Virus record (IMG/VR): IMGVR_UViG_3300020042_004057
Span: 1-28,526 of that record
Length of the DNA: 28,526 nucleotides
Reading direction: 5' to 3' (one strand)
DNA from: a virus
Taxonomy: Duplodnaviria; Caudoviricetes
Shown here: positions 23,205-28,526 of the stretch, one piece after another
Layout of the letters: every line of letters begins with the position of its first letter
How positions within the stretch are numbered: position 1 is the stretch's first letter
Program-made: the position numbers and the translations under genes
Notes under the pieces: model-generated
Told to the model about the DNA's origin: nothing
Databases searched by the model: none
Seen by the model: the letters and a program-made list of their open reading frames with translations, nothing else

Positions 23205-23635
23205 CTATGCCCCTCTGCGTTTCTTACCTTTTCTACAGTTCTGGCGGCGGCTAGACCCAACATGCCCAGCAAGACTTGCATCGTTATCGTCGTGTCTATG
23301 ACCGGGAAAGCCCCGGTATAGTGGAACCAAACCTGTGCAGCAAACCTAGCCAGCGGTTCAATGATGGATACGTAAGCAAGACCGCAACCACAAGTCCAGC
23401 CAATAAATGGCCTCCACCCAGCTACAAACCAGTTAGCACTTTTAGCTTCTTCTAAATTTACTTGCACTTGCAACTTCGCTAGATCAGTCTCTGCGGCAAG
23501 CTGGGCAAGGTCTCCGTTCTGCTGCATCTTCAGTAGTTCAAGCTGCGCTGCTGCCTTCTTCTCCGGGTCAGGAAAGAACCGCTCAATCAAAGACTGAGCA
23601 GCAGAGAACAGACCTGATATGACCAGCGGGTTCAT
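23201..23635 (-). CDS. holin (GTA holin 3TM-like)
   Basis: IERFFPDP...QVNLEEAKS.NWFVAGWRPFIGW...LLGMLGL...R..EK with hydrophobic segments. Confidence 0.85.
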   Translation of the reverse strand: MNPLVISGLFSAAQSLIERFFPDPEKKAAAQLELLKMQQNGDLAQLAAETDLAKLQVQVNLEEAKSANWFVAGWRPFIGWTCGCGLAYVSIIEPLARFAAQVWFHYTGAFPVIDTTITMQVLLGMLGLAAARTVEKVRNAEGHR

Positions 23636-23865
23636 TTGTCGGCTTTGGCTTCTAGCTTCTCAAATATTTTTGCCAACATTGCTTTGATGTCCCGGATGTC
23701 CTCGCGGTAATCATCTTTTACAACATACTCTCGCGGCAAATCTTCCCGCAGCTTGGCTAGGTCGGCTTTTAACTCTTTGACCGCAGCCCAAAGCTCACGA
23801 GCGAACCAGCCAAGAACAGTACAACCACTGGCAAGAAGCGCGTTTATTAGATGTTGGTTTTCCAT
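23632..23865 (-). CDS. small membrane-anchored coiled-coil protein (lysis-associated)
   Basis: N-terminal hydrophobic stretch, then ELKADLAKLREDLPREYVVKDDY...KLEAKADK. Confidence 0.7.
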   Translation of the reverse strand: MENQHLINALLASGCTVLGWFARELWAAVKELKADLAKLREDLPREYVVKDDYREDIRDIKAMLAKIFEKLEAKADK

Positions 23866-24671
23866 TACGACGTTGCCCCCGGTGTAACTGTATTTGCGTT
23901 TGAAACTACATAGGTATTGCCAGAAAGTGAACCACCAACCGCACCTCCAGTGCCGAAGCTACCGGACTGGTCAACGCCAGAACCAGCAACACCATTGCTT
24001 CCAGCACTACCGCCGTTGCCGCCGTTACCACCCCTGCCACTAGTATCACCAAACCCGTCACTAGTCCCAGCACCAAAAGCACCGCCAGTAGCATTACTTC
24101 CACCAACAGTCCCCGCGCTACCAACAGAACCAGCTATTGATAGGCTTCCAGCAGCACCGAATGCCCCCGCATATGCGCCTCCACCACCGCCACCGCCTGT
24201 TGCTCCGTAAAATTGAGGCACACCAGTAAACCTAATTGCTCCACCACCGCCACCACCGCCACCACCGCCGCCAAGGATAGAACCTGCTCCGGTTATTGTG
24301 ACCCACTTTGTAGAGCCAGATAGCTGTTGAATTGTGACCGCAGGGCCACCAGCACTACCAGTAACGCCAGAACCCGCCGCACCACCAGCCGCACCACCGG
24401 TGCCGCCAGCACCTCCCTTACCAATAATAGTTCCACTGTTTACTATAGAAATAGTCGATCCTACAGACCAACCAGTTCCGGTATCCAAAGCAACAGTGCC
24501 TGTTGATGTAGAGTAGACATAAATACTAGCGTTAATAGTAAGCGTAACGGCAACCGGAACCGTGGGGGAACCAGCAGAAGTGAATATGTTGTAGTTAGCG
24601 GTATCGCTAGAGATAGTCAGCGACACCGGCGTAATTCCACCACCCACAAGCATATGCATGATACCGCTCAC
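23865..24671 (-). CDS. glycine-rich tail fibre / receptor-binding protein
   Basis: The GTG at 24671 overlaps the upstream TAG (MSGIMHML), so it is preferred over the track start at 24701. It contains N.G.I.G.GG.GG and poly-Gly runs. Confidence 0.75.
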   Translation of the reverse strand: MSGIMHMLVGGGITPVSLTISSDTANYNIFTSAGSPTVPVAVTLTINASIYVYSTSTGTVALDTGTGWSVGSTISIVNSGTIIGKGGAGGTGGAAGGAAGSGVTGSAGGPAVTIQQLSGSTKWVTITGAGSILGGGGGGGGGGGAIRFTGVPQFYGATGGGGGGGAYAGAFGAAGSLSIAGSVGSAGTVGGSNATGGAFGAGTSDGFGDTSGRGGNGGNGGSAGSNGVAGSGVDQSGSFGTGGAVGGSLSGNTYVVSNANTVTPGATS

Positions 24672-25633
24672 TAGCTTACCCCAGCGCCAGAGACAAACCA
24701 CGTATTGGTATCTACCTTAAGGCACGTTGCTACACCTTTGGTAGCTATCGTTCTGTTACCGGTATTGGTCGTTCCAGCTTGAAACACCGTTAACGATGTA
24801 GTGACAATAGTGATTGAGGTTGTGCCGTTGTTTACGATAGTGAATGCAGTTCCAATTGGGAAGGCTACCGAAGCATTGGTTGGGATGGTAATACTCTGTG
24901 CGCCTGAGTTAGTGCTGTAGATGTGCTTGCCACCGTCAATCAGGACAAGCGTGTAGTTGCTGGATTGAATGTTTTGTGGGATAGCCAGATAGCCAATAGC
25001 AAAGGCTGTAGTGCCGTCAGATATGGTTGAGCCACTGGCTGCTACGACAGTGCCAGTAAAAGTTGTTAGCGCAGTAGAAGCCCAGTTAGTCCCGTTAGAG
25101 GTAAGCAAATTACCAGAGGTGCTGGGAGCAATAGGAGTAAATCCAGTGCCCGCACTATTACCTGCATAGACTGCGTAAGCAGTAGTAGATGTAGACCCCG
25201 TGCCACCGGAAGCAACCGGCAGGGCAGCGCCAAGGGTCAGCGAAGCAAGATAGTTCTGAGCAACAACAATGTCTGTGCCATTACACACCAGCACGGTCTT
25301 TGCACCAGCGGGGACTGATACACCTGTGGTTACCCTGACGGTTATGGCGGACGCGGTATTGTTAAATATGAAGTAGAGCTTCTCATTGGTAGGCACAACC
25401 AAGATACCGCCGCCCGTGCCGGTCAACTCCAAGAACATATTCCTAGCCACACCAGAAGCGCCGTTAGGGATAGTTATGGTGTCTGTTCCACCCGTGCAAG
25501 GAACAGTTTGATACCCAGAGATTGCCTGATCTATCAGGGTTCCCAGATTGGTATTGGTCGTGGTTCCCCACGTTCCCGTCTGTTCGCCAGCACCGATCAG
25601 TTCGATGCCAAGGTTGCTGTATGTTGAGGCCAT
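24671..25633 (-). CDS. tail fibre / tail structural protein
   Basis: MASTYS.L.IELIG.GEQ.GTWG.TTN.NL N-terminus, LPVASGGTG repeat-type motif, and C-terminal GYLAIPQN...YTLVL.D.GKHI...FPIGT...W..SG. Confidence 0.8.
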   Translation of the reverse strand: MASTYSNLGIELIGAGEQTGTWGTTTNTNLGTLIDQAISGYQTVPCTGGTDTITIPNGASGVARNMFLELTGTGGGILVVPTNEKLYFIFNNTASAITVRVTTGVSVPAGAKTVLVCNGTDIVVAQNYLASLTLGAALPVASGGTGSTSTTAYAVYAGNSAGTGFTPIAPSTSGNLLTSNGTNWASTALTTFTGTVVAASGSTISDGTTAFAIGYLAIPQNIQSSNYTLVLIDGGKHIYSTNSGAQSITIPTNASVAFPIGTAFTIVNNGTTSITIVTTSLTVFQAGTTNTGNRTIATKGVATCLKVDTNTWFVSGAGVS

Positions 25634-25634
25634 A

Positions 25635-25850
25635 TTAGAGTCCTAATGCTTGTTTGAGTGCTGCAAGGTCAGCAGGGCTTGCAAGGATTTGTTCGACTAG
25701 CGTAGGTGCGGGGGTCGGTTCTGGCACAGGGTCTGCTGCTTCAATCAGCGTTCCTTCTGGCAAGACAGAAACTAGGCAAGACTCCATGCCACCGTTGTCA
25801 AGAGTGCGGCAAGCGACAAGGTTATCTTTGTCAGTAAATTTCCAATTCAT
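25635..25850 (-). CDS. small tail-fibre-associated protein (71 aa)
   Basis: The ATG at 25850 (MNWKFTD) has a GGAG SD and ATGA overlap. It ends PEPTPAPTLVEQI...LKQALGL, typical of small fibre-chaperone-like genes. Confidence 0.7.
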   Translation of the reverse strand: MNWKFTDKDNLVACRTLDNGGMESCLVSVLPEGTLIEAADPVPEPTPAPTLVEQILASPADLAALKQALGL

Positions 25851-27082
25851 AGCCGCGCTCCGGTGAATAGTATGTATTTTCCAACCGTGTTCAAATAAAC
25901 ATTGAAACCACGGGTTACAGTGAAAGGTGTTCCAGCTACCGTAACATTTATTGCACAACTACTAATTCCGGCAAACCCAAAAACTGCTGCTGTGCAAACC
26001 GTATTTGCAGAACCGTCATTAGTTGACAAATCCGCCGCCGCAGATACCGTGATTCCGGTGACTGTGACTCTTGCCGGAACTTTAAATTGGACTGCCGCTT
26101 GAACTTGGTTTGTAGAAAATGCGTTTCCATATGCAATTACCTCAAACGTGCTGCCAGAAACAATTGCCGGAAGATACCGCTGACACCGCGCAAACTCACT
26201 CTGGTAATCGCGGTAATCCCACGAGGTTGCAACTGAACCGGTCTCAATCTGCACACCGGTAATGTCCATCGTTGCGCTGAGCGTGGAGATCAGACGGACT
26301 GCACCAGTAACGCCAAGGTATTGACCCGCTTGCCAAGTTAAAGCTGTTGACCGGGCATTTGCCCCGGTTCCTAAATCAACCGTCACGGCGAGGCCAAGTG
26401 TATTGGCAATAGACCATGTTCCACTCAAATCGCCAGTCAACGTAACGGTTTTTTGCTCCCACGTATTAGCCGCGTTAATTGTGAAACTGAACGGGTAAGA
26501 ACGATCAAACGTACCGTTATTGACTGCCCCACTAAACGCACCAGTGAGCGAAGAGCGCACCCAAAACGAAACAGTAAACGCAATTGCGTTTGCAGTTCCA
26601 AGGCTAAAGTCAATGACGTTAAGACCCTCTATTCTGTTGTTGGTAACGTAAATAGAACCAGCAGCCGGTGCTGCATCGGCGGTTGTCACGGTATATCTAA
26701 GATAATTCTTAAAACCCGTCGGCGGGGTGGCTGCAAGCTGTTGAACTGTAAACACACCAGCCGCCGCAGCGCCATACGCAGTAAACATGTCGGCGCTGTA
26801 GAACACAGATGCAGCATTAATCGTAAGCGCCGCCCCAGCGTTCGTCTGGTCAATGCGAACGTCGCCGTTGATTGCGCGGTTTTTAAATGCAAAGGTATTG
26901 GGCGCGTTTAAACTGCCGGTAATCGTAGGGCTTGTGATAGTGGGGCTTGTGATAGTGGGGCTTGTTAGCGTCTTGTTCGTCAGCGTCTGGGTATCCGTCG
27001 TGCCAACCACAGCACCCGCAGGGTTGCCTACCCCACCCGCAGGGAATGTAACACCAGCAGTGCCGTCTACTATGGTTGCCAT
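25847..27082 (-). CDS. tail fibre protein with carbohydrate-binding-like domain
   Basis: TQTLTNKTLTSPTI, FKNR.INGD.RIDQ, SFWVRSS, ANTWEQKT and ITGVQ.E.G..AT....R....E..RCQRY. Confidence 0.8.
   Translation of the reverse strand: MATIVDGTAGVTFPAGGVGNPAGAVVGTTDTQTLTNKTLTSPTITSPTITSPTITGSLNAPNTFAFKNRAINGDVRIDQTNAGAALTINAASVFYSADMFTAYGAAAAGVFTVQQLAATPPTGFKNYLRYTVTTADAAPAAGSIYVTNNRIEGLNVIDFSLGTANAIAFTVSFWVRSSLTGAFSGAVNNGTFDRSYPFSFTINAANTWEQKTVTLTGDLSGTWSIANTLGLAVTVDLGTGANARSTALTWQAGQYLGVTGAVRLISTLSATMDITGVQIETGSVATSWDYRDYQSEFARCQRYLPAIVSGSTFEVIAYGNAFSTNQVQAAVQFKVPARVTVTGITVSAAADLSTNDGSANTVCTAAVFGFAGISSCAINVTVAGTPFTVTRGFNVYLNTVGKYILFTGARL
26928..26965. repeat. 15-bp in-frame tandem repeat (TSPTI x3)
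   Basis: GGGCTTGTGATAGTG twice plus a partial third copy. Confidence 0.85.
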
Positions 27083-27084
27083 GT

Positions 27085-27441
27085 TTAAACGCTCTCAATC
27101 CAATTTAAAGTTGATTCGTCCCAAGAATACATCTTTCCATCAGTCGGCATAGGCACGGGCGCTTCCCACTGGCAGGTTTGTTCACTCAGAACCCAAGACG
27201 GAAACGGTTGCGGAGCGATAAACGCGTCACGCCCTGCGTCGTAAGCGTAGCCAATCCCGGCGTAGTTCTTACGCATCTTGCCGTTGTAGCTGGTCTGTTT
27301 CCAATCACCACCGATTAGCCGTTCACAGAACGCAGCGCCAATATGCTCAAGCTCAACGCCTTCAGCGTTTGCCGTGTCTGCGTTACCAACGACGATCACT
27401 TGCGTTACCAGACCGTTTTCAATTTTTGCAAAGTGCGCCAT
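27085..27441 (-). CDS. conserved tail-associated phage protein
   Basis: Start MAHFAKI at 27441 with GGGAG SD. WKQTSYN...RKNYAGIGY.YD..RDAFI.PQPFPSW...W.AP...P is a family typically found next to Gly-rich fibres. Confidence 0.8.
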   Translation of the reverse strand: MAHFAKIENGLVTQVIVVGNADTANAEGVELEHIGAAFCERLIGGDWKQTSYNGKMRKNYAGIGYAYDAGRDAFIAPQPFPSWVLSEQTCQWEAPVPMPTDGKMYSWDESTLNWIESV

Positions 27442-27667
27442 TGCTGCTCCCTGTGTATTCTTTAATTTGTGCTGGAGACCAGACGGTAGGAATGGAATCC
27501 TCAAACTTTTTTATCTTTTCCATCGTTTCCTGTATCTCATCCCAAGTAGGCTGCTCGCGGTAATCTTCCCACTTGGTAATCACGTTGTTGCTGATTTCGT
27601 ATCTTGCATTAGGCCGCAGCAGTTGCATGGCAGTATCAATGCCGTATAGCTGGTAGATTTTTACCAT
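27419..27667 (-). CDS. small tail-associated protein (XkdW-like)
   Basis: AMQLLRPNARYEI...W.D....PTWDEI pattern, overlapping both neighbours. Confidence 0.65.
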   Translation of the reverse strand: MVKIYQLYGIDTAMQLLRPNARYEISNNVITKWEDYREQPTWDEIQETMEKIKKFEDSIPTVWSPAQIKEYTGSSNGALCKN

Positions 27668-28524
27668 GCTATAACCACTATGCCTGAACCACCGGAAGAA
27701 GATATGCTGACAGCGTCAGCGCCAGCCCCGCCACCGCCGCCAGTATTTGCCGTCCCCGCTATGGATGATACTGCAAGCTTAGCACCAAGCCCGCCGCCAC
27801 CAGCACCGCCAGCGCCTCCGGTTGCGGTGACGTTAGAACCACCTCCACCACCGCCGCCGCGAGTAACGGATGATCCAGAAATTGAAGAAGCCAATCCATC
27901 ACCACCCGCACCGCAAACTGCTGTTGCTCCGATACCGTTGCCACCTACAGCATTTGCGCCCCCACCACCGCCACCAGCACGCGAACCGGATAGCTCGCCA
28001 GTACCACCGTTATTCCCCCCGGTCGTCCCTGTGCCTCCGGCAGTCGGAGAACCGCCGCCGCCACCGCCACCGCCAGAGCCTCCATTCGAACCAGTTAATG
28101 GTGTATTGCCGTTGCCGCCGCCGCCACCACCAGATGAGGTAATAGAAGAAAAAACGGAATCGCTGCCGTTTGTTCCACGAGAGCTAAGAGCGCCCCCGCC
28201 CCCGCCCCCGCCGACCGTAACTGTGTATGCGGTCCCCGGCGTTACCGCAAAACCTGTTGCCGTTCTGTAAGCCCCCGCACCACCACCGCCGCCTGCCGTA
28301 TTGCCACCACCACCCCCACCACCCGCGACAACAAGGTAATTCACACTTGTCACGCCAGCAGGAGCAGTCCAGATACCGGACATGTTGAATACGGCAATTT
28401 TGCTAGGCGCGGTGAAGGATATGATTACGATGCCGGAGCCGCCAGCTTTTCCGTTGCCACCGCTAAGACCTGCGCTACCGCCACCGCCGCCAGTATTCAC
28501 GGTGCCAACGGTTGCAGTTAATCC
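27661..28524 (-). CDS. glycine-rich tail protein, 5' end outside the window
   Basis: The frame stays open to the window end (GLTATVGTVNTGGGGG). It contains W.AP.GVTSV.YLVVAGGGGG, Y.VTVG.GG, ANTGGGGG and two GGSGIV(I/V)I domain ends. Confidence 0.85.
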   Translation of the reverse strand, partial: GLTATVGTVNTGGGGGSAGLSGGNGKAGGSGIVIISFTAPSKIAVFNMSGIWTAPAGVTSVNYLVVAGGGGGGGNTAGGGGGAGAYRTATGFAVTPGTAYTVTVGGGGGGGALSSRGTNGSDSVFSSITSSGGGGGGNGNTPLTGSNGGSGGGGGGGGSPTAGGTGTTGGNNGGTGELSGSRAGGGGGGANAVGGNGIGATAVCGAGGDGLASSISGSSVTRGGGGGGGSNVTATGGAGGAGGGGLGAKLAVSSIAGTANTGGGGGAGADAVSISSSGGSGIVVIAW

Positions 28525-28526
28525 TG

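Noticed and set aside
23815-23865. LLASGC as a possible lipobox (o-spanin) in the 77-aa protein
   Set aside because: There is no basic n-region, the h-region is short, and hydrophobic residues continue after the Cys. A simple N-terminal TM helix fits better.
27680-28270. Proline-rich + strand ORF (also 23917-24210 and 24334-24516)
   Set aside because: It is the reverse complement of poly-Gly codons in the tail genes.
23865-28526. Diversity-generating retroelement or invertible tail-fibre cassette
   Set aside because: No reverse transcriptase, invertase, adenine-specific TR/VR repeat pair or inverted repeats were noticed in the window.

Overview
A gene-dense 28.5 kb piece of a tailed dsDNA phage genome. 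The gene content is podovirus-like, and a Gram-negative, plausibly betaproteobacterial, host is an inference. Bases 1-3845 (+) form an early/middle cassette: the C-terminus of a Dam-like adenine methyltransferase, about eight small translationally coupled hypothetical genes, a PAPS-reductase-like PP-loop/Cys protein, a Ref-like HNH nuclease and a RusA resolvase. Bases 3842-28526 (-) form a convergent late operon. In order of transcription it encodes glycine-rich tail fibre proteins and small chaperone-like proteins, a lysis cassette (small membrane protein, 3-TM holin, M15 peptidase endolysin), a tail hub protein, small proteins including a cupin and a GNAT-like fold, two low-complexity internal virion proteins, and a ~3470-aa polyvalent protein. 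The giant protein is the most striking element. By eye it carries an FtsK gamma-like winged helix with an altered recognition helix, a second wHTH-like module, a DdrB-like ParB domain, an internal signal-peptide-like segment followed by an L,D-transpeptidase-like domain, an HExxH metallopeptidase and a C-terminal LPD38-like region. A short xGG/GI(A/T)SL motif recurs across three neighbouring late proteins. All domain calls are from motif recognition by eye, with no database searches. No tRNA, rRNA, CRISPR array, integrase or transposase was seen.
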